In this document: positions 1 through 12,789 of the stretch, in pieces
Layout of the letters: the number at the start of each line of letters is the position of its first letter
Position numbering within the stretch: position 1 is the first letter of the stretch
Source of the DNA: Octopus sinensis
Lineage: Eukaryota
Length of the DNA stretch: 60,972 nucleotides
Direction of reading: 5' to 3'
Assembly (NCBI RefSeq): GCF_006345805.1
Contig: NW_021833750.1
Span: 1 to 60,972 of the forward strand
Translations under genes and position numbers: made by a program
The notes under the pieces: model-generated
The model's input: only the letters and a program-made list of their open reading frames with translations
Database searches by the model: none
Told to the model about the DNA's origin: nothing

Positions 1-715
1 ATTCTAACAAGTATGTTAGTGAACGTGAGATGGGTGCTATTATCAACAACAATCTGCATTGGACAAACTACGTCTAAGATAGTCAAGAAAGCTGAGAGTG
101 TCTCAGCATCACTCTACAGCTATCTATTTAAAGCTGCATATATCTATGGTACGTCAACCCTTAGAGTTTGCATCACCAGTTTAGAATTTTTATCTTGCTC
201 GGCACATAAGTCTCCTGAAAACTGTTCAGAAACGTGCAAACAGACGAATATCTGCCGTACACTGAACATCTTGCTTCCGTGAACATGGACACATTAAAGT
301 TCCGACATCGGGCAACTGACTTGCTAGATACCTACAAGATTATTCATTATCTTCCCAACAACGTTTGGCATTCCAGAAGTCTAACACTTGTGGACATGCT
401 TACAGAACACAGCACCCATTATTTTCAGAAACATTTTTTTTACGCTCACAATTGTAGAAGCATGGAATAAATTACCTTCATCTGTTATCGGCTGTCAAGT
501 CACTACGTCCTTCAAAACTTCTATTCTTCTTGAAGTTCGCTTACAGTACACCTGACGCCCCTTACACCTGTTTCTGCTTCTTCCTTTTTTTCTAAAAGAC
601 TCTTACGGTGTTCACTTACTGTGCATATTCTATGTACGATTCATACAGTTTTGAATACTTTTTCTGATGAGTTGTAGTGTACCTGAGCACTATATAAAGT
701 TCATCATTATATAAA
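1..715 (+). mobile_element. CR1-clade LINE, 3' fragment (RT C-terminus and 3' UTR), decayed
   Basis: Frameshifted translation NNNLHWTNY-SKIVKKA...VRQHLEFASPV...VQKRA...LPYTEHL...DLLDTYKII matches the CR1 RT C-terminal pattern; ends in (AT)n. Confidence 0.75.
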
Positions 716-719
716 TATG

Positions 720-768
<49 letters not shown>

Positions 769-804
769 ATGTGTGTGTGTGTGTGTGTGTGCGTGCGTGT
801 AAGT

Positions 805-884
<80 letters not shown>

Positions 885-1000
885 CATATATACTTACATA
901 CATATATATATGTATGTATATAATGAAGAAATAAGTGATATAGATATCCACTTTATACAACTCAACCAATTAGCGCTCTGATAGAGCTTCAGGAATATAA

Positions 1001-1450
1001 AATTAAGGAGGAGAGAAAACGCCATTTCTTCTAAAGCTTTAACCTTATGATTCTATTAACTATGATGAGAGATATATAAAGTATTGCGATGGTTGGATTT
1101 AGCTCGCCCATAGCATCCTATATGTTTTCGAAACGGCCGTAAGACTTTATACATAGATTTTATACATGTTCCAGATTTCTTATGAATCATTTTATATTCA
1201 CTTTATCATCCTCTTCATTGATTGAAATTTGAACATTCGGACTTCGCAAGTACATTTATGGACTTATATTTTAATATATTTATATCTATGAATTTTTATG
1301 TGTTTATAAATTTTTATATGTCTATGAAATCTTATATATCATACAGATGAATGCATCTATATATGTATTTATACCATGCAGAATTTCGTTAATATGGATT
1401 GAATGAATATATACATCGACCTTTGAATTTGTTTTCTCTCCTCCTTAATT
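1001..1450 (+). mobile_element. 450-bp PLE pLTR-like element with perfect 20-bp terminal inverted repeats and an internal hammerhead-like motif; partner at 31895-32332
   Basis: aattaaggaggagagaaaac at 1001-1020 and its exact reverse complement at 1431-1450; GAAACGGCCGTA at about 1130-1141. Confidence 0.6.
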
Positions 1451-1871
1451 ATATATATTTATATTTATATTTATATTTATATATATATATAATGTACATA
1501 CATATGTGTGTGCGTTTATATTTGTTCCCCTTCACACACCACTTGGCGATTAGTTTTTGTACATTATCTTAGCAATTCATCAAAAGAGAACGATAAAGTA
1601 AGTACCAAACTTTTAACAAGTAAGTACAGTTACTGATTTGTTAGACAATACTCAACAAGAAAGTACTCTTAGCATGACCGCAGTGCGACGATTGAAAGAT
1701 GCAAAATATGAAAAATAAAAGAAGAAAACAGTGTTTTTCAGATGAAGTCACTTATAAATTTGTTCAGCATCATATACATAAAATATTGCCTTATTATTTT
1801 CACCATCAGAAGGACAATGAATTTGTGACTGTTCGGTCTGTAAGCAACAGTACAGCTGTTCACAATCTGCA

Positions 1872-2398
1872 ATTGTAACTATTGTCACTATTATAACAGA
1901 AATACGAGGTCTGATCAATAAGTATCCAGGCTGTTGTCATAGTATCGAGCTAAAGTAGGCAGAGTAAAGCCGCTTGGCACAGACATTGAACGCAGCTGTG
2001 CAAAAACTTGTCGATATTGACAAACGTTCTGCACTATGTAGTGAAAGTAAGCTAGAACGTCAAATCGTAGTACATATGTACAACAGAGTTCATGGTCTGA
2101 TGAATAAGTATCTGGAATGTTGCTATAGTAACAAAGCTAAAGTACGTAGAGTAAATCCGCTTGGCACAGATCGATCTTGAATTCTGCTGTACATATGCAC
2201 AACGATTTAACGTTCTAGCTTACTTTCACTACATAGTGCAGAACGTTTGTCAATATCGACAAGTTTTTGCACAGCTGCGTTCAATGTCTGTGCCAAGCGG
2301 CTTTACTCTGCCTACTTTAGCTAGATACTATGACAACAGTCTGGATACTTATTGATCAGACCTCGTATTTCTGTTACAATAGTGACAATAGCTACAAT
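1872..2398. mobile_element. Mariner-type MITE (about 2093-2368) with a fold-back inverted duplication
   Basis: TIR-like TACGAGGTCTGATCAATAAGTATCC at both ends; arms 1872-2092 / 2178-2398. Confidence 0.7.
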
Positions 2399-2722
2399 AG
2401 TGAATTCTTTCATCCTGTAGCTCTGCTGGTATATTTGAGAAAAATTATATTAATATATCTTGTCTGTTGAAAATCCACATTTTTTGCAACTAAAGATGGC
2501 AATTTAAATTGATGTAATGCCTGCATTGTTCGATTAAATGGAACCGCCTGAAACGGTCGTATTGCATTAATACCTGAAATCCTGTTACTTATTTGATTAT
2601 ATATATATATATATATAAATTCAGCGTGAGTACTTGATAATTGTAAGCACCTGTATATACCATTTAGTGGTGTAGGTGGTGGAGTAAATTAATCAAAATA
2701 AAAACATGATGCCAAGAATTCA

Positions 2723-2800
2723 GCGGTACATATCTTTCGGGCCTTTATTAGACGAATTTATAACAATGCATAATGTGTGTCTATGGCCTTCTTCAGCCGC
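2723..2800 (-). ncRNA. Degenerate type-I hammerhead-like motif (inverted copy of 5746-5823)
   Basis: GCGG-CTGAAGA-AGGCC..GGCCC-GAAA-GATATG-TA-CCGC on the minus strand. Confidence 0.45.
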
Positions 2801-3937
2801 GCACAATTACTACTTCAAGGACATGTATTACATCATAAATTCTACGTTGGGGATGCAAATCCTCTCAGTCGCGAACGACATAGTGGGGCACCAGCACAAA
2901 AATGAAGCGTCCATCTCGTCTTTCACTCAATGTAGAATGAGGGAGCTTGGATGTTGAGGTAATATAAATATATAAATGAATAAATAAATATATAAATACA
3001 CACAGACGTGAAAGAACCTGGTAATAAAAATAAATAGGGATAAATACAGAGGGGCGAGAATTAAGGACGAAAGATAAAAAAATATAAAAATATAAAAAGA
3101 TAAAAAATAAAAAAATAAAAAATATAAATGTAGAAATATAAAAATATAAAAATATAAAGAAATATAAAAATATAAAAGAATATAAAAATATAAAAATATA
3201 AAGAAATATAAAAATATAAAAGAATATAAAAATATAAAAATATAAAAATATAAAAGGATATAAAAATATAAAAATATAAAAGAATATAAGGATAAGGGAT
3301 ATAAAGTGGTTACGAACTAACAAGGTGGTCAGAAAGATGACATATTCTGGTTGTAGAAGCCTAAGCGGTGGGTGTCATAAACCAACTGGAACGTCTGGGT
3401 ACCCAGTATATGGTAGGTTAGGGCTGTCTGGTTTGTGGTTAAACCGCTTATCTATTTCCTCGTAAATTGTCTAGTGGTCAACATGTACATACGTACACGC
3501 ATGGATACATATACACATATACACGCATACATATACGCACGCATACACATCCACATACATACATGCATACATACGTACTCTCGTGTAAAAATATACACAT
3601 ACAAACGGGAAAAGCGCATATAGTTGGGTACACGAACTGACACGCATACGTACGTATATACATATACGTACATGCGTACATACAGACACACTCGCACTCA
3701 CACTCATTCACAAGACAAAGTAAATCTCTATGCATATGGGCAAAAATATGCATGCCCACACCACACACATGGGGGAGTAGATCCTTATGCATATACACAA
3801 AAATATGCATATATGCATATGCACAGATACAGGTAAAACAAGTAGATCCATTCTCGCACACAGGCAAGATACGGAATTATAATGGGCACAAAAGGTAGAC
3901 ATGAAAGTAAAAAACCTGACGGTAAGAAATTATAACA

Positions 3938-3976
<39 letters not shown>

Positions 3977-4146
3977 TACACACACACACACGTATATATA
4001 TATACAGACACACACATATATACACACACGCATATATACATACACATGGACCCACACACACACACACACCCACACGCACATACATATATCTGTGTGTCTA
4101 TATATGCATATACACATACATATATATATACACAGACGTACGCACG

Positions 4147-4199
<53 letters not shown>

Positions 4200-5745
4200 A
4201 TGTATATATACACATACACACACATACATATTCATACTCACACACATATACAGATATACATACAAATACATAGATAAGGATATAAGGAAAAAGAACTAAA
4301 AATAGACATACATAGAGAAAAAAAATTGATAAAATAGGGGTAAAAATAGAAGTAAAAATAAGGATAAAGTTAAAAATTAGAAATAAAAAATAAAATAAAA
4401 CAAAGGTAATCGAGTAAAGATTAACATGAAATGAAGGTAAAAATAAAAGGTGGTTGCAAAGGTAAAGGTACAGGTGTGTGTTAAAGGTGACCACCCAGGG
4501 GCGGGGAGGGGAACTGAGGCAGGGAGGAGGGGAAAATTACGGAGTAGTCATAAGTGAAAGGGTGGGAAGCGGGGTTCGGGGGTGTTCGCTCAACATCAAA
4601 GCTAGAAATGGAAAAAGGTATAGATATAGGGAAATAAAATATATATATAGGAAAAAGATAGATATAGAAAAGAAATATATAGGAAAAAAATATATATAGG
4701 AGACAAAATATATATATAGGAAAAAAAACGGGATGTGCTGGAGCTGACAAGTTGTACTTGGATGGGAGGATATTGCATGGGGGAGTTTGTATAATAGCCT
4801 AAGCTTTGTAGTATTTGAAAGTATTGGTTAGTTTGTGTATACAAGAGGGCCTGAATTCAGATCTTTTATGAATTAGTTTGTGTTTCTCCTTGAATTTCAA
4901 GATATTCAGGAGTTCCACACAACATAGCTGGCATCCTGTTCTATTATTTAAATAAGGTGCAGCTGATCCGATGATGGACCACCTGAGTTTGAAACCTATG
5001 CTATTGTATTTTAATTCCAAATTTTTTTAGATAGGGAGGTGCTGCTAGCCTTGTGTCTATGCCTGAATGAGGACCGGTGGTTGTAGTATCTGGATTTCCA
5101 GGAGGTCGAGCAACCTATGTAGGTGGAGATTGTCGGGCTAAAAACGTAATATATTCATGTGAGGTGAGTACCCAGTTTAACACACTCACCAGACGTTCCA
5201 GTTGGTTTATGACACCCACCGCTTAGGCTTCTACAACCAGAATATGTCATCTTTCTGACCACCTTGTTAGTTCGTAACCACTTTATATCCCTTATCCTTA
5301 TATTCTTTTATATTTTTATATTTTTATATCCTGTTATATTTTTATATTTTTTATATTTTTATATTCTTTTATATTTTTTTATATTTCTTTATATTTTTAT
5401 ATTTTATATTTCTACATTTATATTTTTTATTTTTTTATTTTTTATCTTTTTATATTTTTTATATTTTTTTATCTTTCGTCCTTAATTCTCGCCCCTCTAT
5501 CTTTATCCCTATTTATTTTTATTACCAGGTTCTTTCACGTCTGTGTGTATTTATATATTTATTTATTCATTTATATATTTATATTACCTCAACATCCAAG
5601 CTCCCTCATTCTACATTGAGTGAAAGACGAGATGGACGCTTCATTTTTGTGCTGGTGCCCCACTATGTCGTACGCGACTGAGAGGATTTGCATCCCCAAC
5701 GTAGAATTTATGATGTAATACATGTCCTTGAAGTAGTAATTGTGC

Positions 5746-5823
5746 GCGGCTGAAGAAGGCCATAGACACACATTATGCATTGTTATAAATCCGTCTAATA
5801 AAGGCCCGAAAGATATGTACCGC
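5746..5823 (+). ncRNA. Degenerate type-I hammerhead-like motif in PLE pLTR
   Basis: Stem I GCGG/CCGC, core CTGAAGA, stem II GGCC/GGCC, GAAA, stem III AGATATGT (one change from palindrome ACATATGT), GUA site. Confidence 0.45.
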
Positions 5824-5881
5824 TGAATTCTTGGCATCATGTTTTTATTTTGATTAATATATATATATATATATATATATA

Positions 5882-6200
5882 TTAACTAACTTTAACCATA
5901 TGAACGTTGTAACATTTGGTCAACAGAATATTTCTATCACTTATATAAATGCAAGCATTATTCTTTTCTATCGAGAATATTCGGAAGTTAAGATCCATCA
6001 ATTTCTTGACAACATTAAGAGCATTACGGTGAACGTTCCACTTCGATGCTTCAGAAAAATATGAGTGAAATTCAACTAGTAACTGTTTCACGTGATCTAG
6101 TTCACCATCAGACATTGCCTTAATCAAGGAGTTCCATTCATCGTTTTCTACATCCATTTTCAAGATAGATATGTTCTTCTGAAGAATGAAAATATAAGTA
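5882..6200 (-). mobile_element. Possible PLE N-terminal/linker fragment
   Basis: ORF ALNVVKKLMDLNFRIFSIEKNNACIYISD loosely resembles the PLE ADKG-x-x-V-V region. Confidence 0.3.
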
Positions 6201-7369
6201 AATTAAAGAAGCTGTTAATTAAACATGATCTGTTAAAATAAATTTAAGATGATACAAAGATGGCTAAAAGGAGAGATAAAGACAGTGGATAAGAAAGAAA
6301 GAAAGAAACAAACAAACAAACAAACCAACAAACCAACAAGCAAACAAATAAAGAAACAAAGAAACAAAAATAGAAAGGAAAAAGAAATACAGAAATAGAT
6401 GCAATGAGGAAGAAAGGAAAGAGGAAAACAAAATGAAAATGAAAAAAGAAACAAAGAATGAATGAAAAGATGAAAAAATTAATGAATTGGATGAAAAAGT
6501 GTTTTTATGAAGGCGTTTCTTTTTTATTTCTTTTACTAGACAATTATGTTTGGAACAATAGTGTTGCTAAATCCATTAGTCTTTTCCATTCTTGTTAGCC
6601 TCATCATCAGAATGAAACGATGATAATTCTTTCTGAGTTCCAGTTTGTTGATTGCTCGTCAGAAGACAGGTACGTTATTTCTTTTCTCAAACAGAATGAA
6701 AGGATAAAAGGGATAATATATGCACATCCTTGACAGTAATTTGCTAAGAATTATGGGAATACTACTATCAGAAATAAAATAATCAACTCCATACATAAAA
6801 CTTATACAATACAATTGTTCTGGTAGATTTTAGGGTTTATTTTACACGTAATGAAGCTCCGCCTTGGATCTTGGTTTGCGTTTTGTTATTGGTGAACATT
6901 CCATGATTACTCGTCTCCTTTTTAATCGAGAGGTCACCACTATACATTATTATACAGTACAAGAAATAATACTAAATAGAAAACAACAATCATTAGTTGA
7001 TGATACTACAATTTTATAGAGAAATTAAATACATATGTTTTAAAATATAGTTATAGCAGTATCGCCATGATCTTTCGCAACCTATTGCATAGTGTGCGAA
7101 CAACGTTATAATTACCATTATTTCATTTTGATGATGAGGTCAAAAAGCTCTCGAAATGTTAATACTAATGTTCCAAACATAAACATAAACAACGTTGCCC
7201 AGTGGACTATAGAAACATGATATAAAGCGTCTTGCTCACGGACACAACACGCCACCAGAAACCGAGCTCACAACCTATCGAGCGTAAGACGTCTACCCTA
7301 ATCACTAAGCCACATGCCTTCATTTGACTGGAAGACCTAACGAAAAGGATCACAATTCAACTCTGTAAC

Positions 7370-9945
7370 AATCTTCATATATCAATACACAATTAAAATC
7401 CCCGTTCTGGAGTTAGGGGTGCTCCCTGGTTCGAGTGAATCTTTTAGGATGCTCGCGCGTTCAGCTATGCATAACTTGCAACGCTTCGTCCCGTTGATGT
7501 AGGGGCCTGGGGTCTCTAGTAATTTCCATGAGATCGACCATGAGATCCCATTGTCTCTTAGTTGCCAGACGTGATTGGCCAGCGATGTTACGTACCTCCT
7601 TTCCAGAACTCTGAAGGAGGACCTATGGCTGGAGATACGCTGCTTGAGAGAATTCCCAGTACATTCAATGCATTTCCGTAGGCGCATGTTGTCGGTGCTG
7701 CACTTGTTGCTGTTGTTGCTGCTTGTTTGTTGAGCGAAGCGGTCTTCGTCCCATTAGTGGGAGAAGTCCGAAACGTGGTCCTTTGCTATTCGTAAGACCC
7801 GCAGAAGAGAAAGCAGGTCAACCCCCGACACCGAGAGCATCGACGGATGGATGAATGCGCATCAAGGCTCAGCGGTTGCGTAGGAAGTCGAGGACAAGAA
7901 ACAGGAAGAAAGAGTGAGAGAAAGTTGGAGCGAAAGAGTACAACAGGAGTCGCCACCACCCCCTGCCGGAGCCTCGTGGGGCTTTTAGGTGTTTTCGCTC
8001 AATAAACACACACAACGCCCGGTCTGGGAATCGAAACTGCGATCCTCCGACCGCGTGTCCGCTGCCCTAACCACTGGGGCATTTCGCCTCCTGCTGTTGC
8101 TGCTGTTATTGTTGTTACTGGAGCTGGGGCTGCTGGTGTTAGCGTCGCTGAATGTGGTGGTGACGACGGTAATATTATCGCCACTGCGCGTGTTGTCGAT
8201 GTTCCACCTGTTGTCGCTGTTGCTGCTGTTGTTTGGAAATAGCTATCCTTCCAATTCCTATTCCTCACGGAATGTTTCAGCTGGCTGGCTCTGCTGGTGT
8301 TGACGTTCTTAGAGGTAGTGGTGGCGTCAGCAATGCTACCGCCACTGCCGGTTACGGTTAAGGCGCTGTTGTTGTTAATATTGCTGTTATTGTTGTTATT
8401 ATTGCGGTCTTCACGAATGGTGGGGGAGCTGCCACTGTTGCTAGGGGTGACATTAGTCGTGGTTACGCCGGTGCTTCTGCTAGGGCCACTGCTGCTGCTG
8501 CTGCTACTGCTGCTACTGCCGTTACGGCTGACGTTGGCACTGGATCTGTTGCTGCTTCTATAGGGGATTTCAGGTCTGCTACTGTGGACGTCAGAGAAGT
8601 TATTGGTAAGGTTGGTGTTGGTGGTGATGCTGCTGTTGTTGTTGTTAGTGATGCTGCCAACGGGAGGACTGCCAATGCTGTCTGTGATGCTGCTGTTGCT
8701 AACGTTGTTAATGCTGTCAACTGCGGCGATGGTGGTGGTGTTGTTGGTTCTGTTCTCATATCTATTGGCTGCTATTACTTCTGCCGGTGGTATTGCCAGG
8801 GTTCACTAATACTTCGGCTTGATAGACGACCCCTTTGGGTTCGCAGAAGCCTCCTGCCGAGCAACTGTTGCGGTCCCTGCATGAACAACCTGCCTCTTCC
8901 TGTGGCTTAGGGGCACTAACTACAATACTCTTACTACTGGGGGCACAGCTAAACGAGACCCTAACGTTGTGCCTGTTGAAGATGAGCCCGTACCTATGAG
9001 AGCTAGTGAAATACTTGTCTACTAACTTAAGGAATAGTCTACTTACGGACGTTATTGTGTTAAGGGAGAAGTGGTGAGGAAGCAAACTAAATGGTATTTC
9101 TGCGGCTGTTGGGTTTTGGCATGTAGGTGATGCGGTCCCTAAATCCGTTGTCAACGAGAGCCTCGTTATAGTACGGGGCCGCTGCATCGAAAGCCTCTTG
9201 GTTGGAGGAAAGGCTCGTAATCTTCTTACTAAACACCCTCTACGAGGTTCTTGAACAGGATGGGTGGGTGGCAGGAGGCAATGTTGATGTACGTTAGCTT
9301 CTCGTTTGGTTTGCGATAGGGCCTGTAAGTACCGGCGCCCAAGTTGAACGTGAAGTTGGTCTTTATGCTGATCTTCAATCTCAAGGAGGCAAGCGTACTG
9401 ATTAAGTGTCTTTTTTAATCCTGCCTAGTGTATGCCCGCTTGCTGCCTAAGAGATGGCCAGGGCTTTATCTCTGTAGATGCAAAAAGCGGACAGAGAGGA
9501 GCTTTTTCCTAAGGTTATCTAGAATATACAACCCGATGAGATCGCATACAACAGCGCCGTCGTAGACACCCATCGCCACGATAAAAGGAGCCCGTAGGGT
9601 CGGATTGCTTGACCCATGCCGAACCTTTGTTGAACAGCACTGTCTTTCTGGCATGCATGATAATTTCTACATCTCTGTCGCTAATGCTGGCGAAGCCCCT
9701 AGTGAAAAAAGCGCCTTGGTCAGTAGCCCTTTTGATATAGACGGGTAACAATCGACTATAACAAATTGGGTGAACCTTGCTTTGCCTCTTCCCTTGTAGG
9801 TGTTAAACCATGCGGTCACTTCGCTAGCGCTGCGTTACAGGGAAAGGTTGGTGGGTCTTCTTATGCTGTTATTGATATCTCTTAATATGTGTTTGCTCGC
9901 CAGACTGGATTGATCTGGCGACATTTGGGGTTTCAAATGTTTGCT
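7370..9945 (-). mobile_element. Penelope-like element (RT plus split GIY-YIG endonuclease), decayed, left-arm copy
   Basis: RT motifs WFNTYKG..FYPSI..MGVYDGAVVCDLIGLYIL; EN motifs GVVYQAEV and TGNSLKQRISSHRSSF..WKLLETPGPYINGTKRCKLCIAE. Confidence 0.9.
7725..8091 (-). mobile_element. tRNA-derived SINE inserted in the PLE low-complexity insert (partner 30334-30700)
   Basis: tRNA-like head GGAGGCGAAATGCCCCAGTGGTTAGGGCAGCGGAC..CGATTCCCAGACCGGGCG; AAC-rich tail. Confidence 0.8.
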
Positions 9946-10024
9946 TTCAAAATGTGACCTAGTGTGTACCGTTGGAAATTTTTTTTCCTCTGTCTTCCTT
10001 TCTCTGGATCTTTCCTTCACCTAT

Positions 10025-10059
10025 GTTTCCGACGAAGAGCTCCGTTCGAAACGTTAAAC
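10025..10059 (+). ncRNA. Minimal hammerhead-like motif in abundant pLTR repeat (also 27373-27407 minus; mutated copies at 36650-36684 and 39862-39896)
   Basis: GTTT-CCGACGA-A-GAGC-TCC-G(C/T)TC-GAAA-CG-TT-AAAC. Confidence 0.45.
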
Positions 10060-10157
10060 CCTCCTTCTTTCCTTCTTTCCTGAGCGTCCAATAATAATAT
10101 ATTTATTCCACGTCCTCGCGTTGAAGTGTTTTTTTGTCCTTTCTTGTTTGGATTAAC

Positions 10158-10218
<61 letters not shown>

Positions 10219-10282
10219 TGCGGTGAATAAATTGTCGTCTAAATTATGCAAAAACGAAAATAACACTCACATCTCTATTACA

Positions 10283-10639
10283 TGATTTTGTAAATGAACA
10301 ATCTGATGTGATTATTTTGATAGAGTGCGTTTCTCTGTCCCATGTGAAGTATAGGCAGAATAGCAAAGTAACAGAACCTAGCTAATGAATTACAAAGACT
10401 ATGGAAAGAGTGGGTAAAATTTATCCCAGTAGTTATAGGTGCATTGGGAACTATCCCTAAAAATGTGAACAGCTGGATAAAGGAAATAGGTATAAATCCC
10501 AGTGAAGTACAGCTGCGGAAAACAGTGTTATTAGGGACAGCTAAAGTACTTATGAAGGTTCTTGGCATCTAAATCTACTTGTTGTAGCCCGATGTTAGGT
10601 TTCTTTTCTTTTCCAACGGTCTAATCTGTTGAGTGTATG

Positions 10640-10640
<1 letters not shown>
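10283..10640 (+). mobile_element. R4/Dong-type LINE 3' end, family B (partner about 26800-27160)
   Basis: LQRLWKEWVKFIPVVIGALGTIPK...KTVLLGTAKVLMKVLGI-stop, followed by (AAT)n. Confidence 0.8.
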
Positions 10641-10684
<44 letters not shown>

Positions 10685-10699
10685 GTAATAGTAATAGTA

Positions 10700-10745
<46 letters not shown>

Positions 10746-10748
<3 letters not shown>

Positions 10749-12789
10749 GATCAACTAATGATTGATAAAGCCATAACTGAAGACAGCCACAGAAAGAAGA
10801 AAGGCCTCAGTATGGCCTGGATTGACTACAAAAAGGCGTTTGATAGCATCCCCCACACATGGATCCTCGAAACACTAGCCATTAACAAAGTAGCACCAAC
10901 AATCATAAAATTCATAGAGCACTCTATGAATAAATGGCAAACAGTCCTACACCTCCAAACAAAAGAGGGACTCATGAAAACCAAAGACATCCCCATTAGA
11001 AGAGGAATATTCCAGGGAGATACGCTCTCTCCACTCCTTTTCTGCTTGGCACTGTCACCTCTATCTGATATGCTAAATAGAACTGGATGCGGATATAAAA
11101 GTTACGGCAAAACGATCAGCCACCTTTTATATATGGATGACCTAAAACTATACGCTGCAAATGACAAACAGCTGGAAACACTATTAAAGACAGTTCATGG
11201 ATTTACCAAAGAAATAGATATGAAATTTGGATTAGAAAAATGCGCCAAAGTAACCATGAAAAGAGGAAAACTAGTTAAGAGTAACAACATCACACTAGAT
11301 GAAGCAAATGAAATAAAAGAATTAGACCAAAGCCAAACTTACAAATACTTAGGAATCCATGAACTAGATAAGACACAACACACACAAATGAAAGAGAAAA
11401 TAAAAAAAGAATATTACAGACGAGTTAGATCAATACTAAACACAGAGCTCAATGCTAAAAATAAGATAATAGGTATCAACACTTTAGCTGTCCCAGTTAT
11501 AAGTTACAGCTACAATATCCTTAACTGGACACGAAATGAACTGACCAAAGTAGACAGGAAAACAAGAAAAATAATGACAGGATCTAGGATGCATCACCCA
11601 AAATCTGACATAGAAAGACTATATATACAACGTATAGAAGGTGGTAGGGGCCTTATACAGCTGGAAAACTACTATAAAATAACCACCATAGGACTGCAAA
11701 AATATCTACTTCAGAAGGAAGGAAAACTGATCCAGATAGCGGCAAAACACGAGCAAAACAAAAAACTGTTCTCAGTATTTAAGGAAGCTGACAAATACAA
11801 ACAAGAAATCATACCACCTAATAAACATGAAGAAGAAGAAGAAGAAGATGAAGAAACAACAAAAGCTATAAAACAAATGAAATCCAAACTAAAAATAGAA
11901 CAGCAACGAACCATGATAAAACGATGGCAAGAAAAGCCCCTTCATGGTAAATACTGGACTAAACTAAACGCAAAAGAAATAGACAAAGAAAAATCCCAGC
12001 AATGGTTGAGAAGCTCAGGACTCAAAGCAGAAACAGAGGGATTTTTAATTGCAGCACAAGACCAAAGCCTCCCCACCAGAAATTACCAAGAACATGTAAT
12101 GAAAAGAATTACAAGTAACTGCAGAATATGTGGAGATGGACAAGAAACAATAAATCATATTATCTCTAGCTGCCCAGTCCTGGCTAAGAAGGAATATATT
12201 CACAGACATTTCAGAGTTGGAACTTACATACATTGGAAGCTATGCCAACATTATGGAATAACAACAGAAAAAAGATGGTATAGGCACACACCAGAAAAGG
12301 TCACAGAAAACGAGAAAGCAACCATACTCTGGGATATGCCGATACACACAGATAGAGAAATTACGGCCAACAGACCAGATATAGTTGTCAGAGACCATGA
12401 AGAAAAAAAATGCTTTCTAATTGATGTATCAGTACCGGCAGATGACAACGTTTCTCTAAAAGAAATGGAGAAACTCTCAAAATACAAAGACCTGGAAATA
12501 GAGGTAACTTGAATGTGGAATCTGAAAACAGAAACAATTCCTATCATAGTAGGTGCATTAGGCATGATAAAAAAATATTCAGACAAATACATAACAAAAA
12601 CACCAGGACTTACAAACACATATAACATACAGAAAATTGCACTACTAGGCACTGCACACATCCTACGCAGAACACTTTCCATACAATAACCATCAGAGCA
12701 TCACAACAAATCACAGCACATACCCAAGGCACACAGAGCTGCGCTCGGTAGTGAAGTGAAAGCACGCTATAAAAATAAAAATAAAACTA

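Larger units (their letters stand above)
2688..5857 (-). mobile_element. 5'-truncated Penelope-like element with inverted pLTR (arms 2688-3398 / 5189-5857); endonuclease remnant at about 4790-5185
   Basis: ORF 4799-5020(-) WSII..AAPYLNN..GCQLC..E...I...RSEFRPSCIH is the PLE GIY-YIG C-terminus; about 700-bp inverted flanks. Confidence 0.8.

Noticed and set aside
660-710. CTGATGA followed by a hairpin as a possible hammerhead
   Set aside because: No GAAA or cleavage triplet; it is the CR1 3' UTR stem-loop.
7125-7170. ATGATGA-GGTC..GCTCTC-GAAA as a hammerhead (mirror at about 31260-31300)
   Set aside because: C3 is missing and no convincing stem I or III.
7989-8910. Leu/Val-rich membrane-like ORFs (and mirrors at 29515-30436)
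   Set aside because: They are the antisense or alternate frames of the low-complexity PLE insert.
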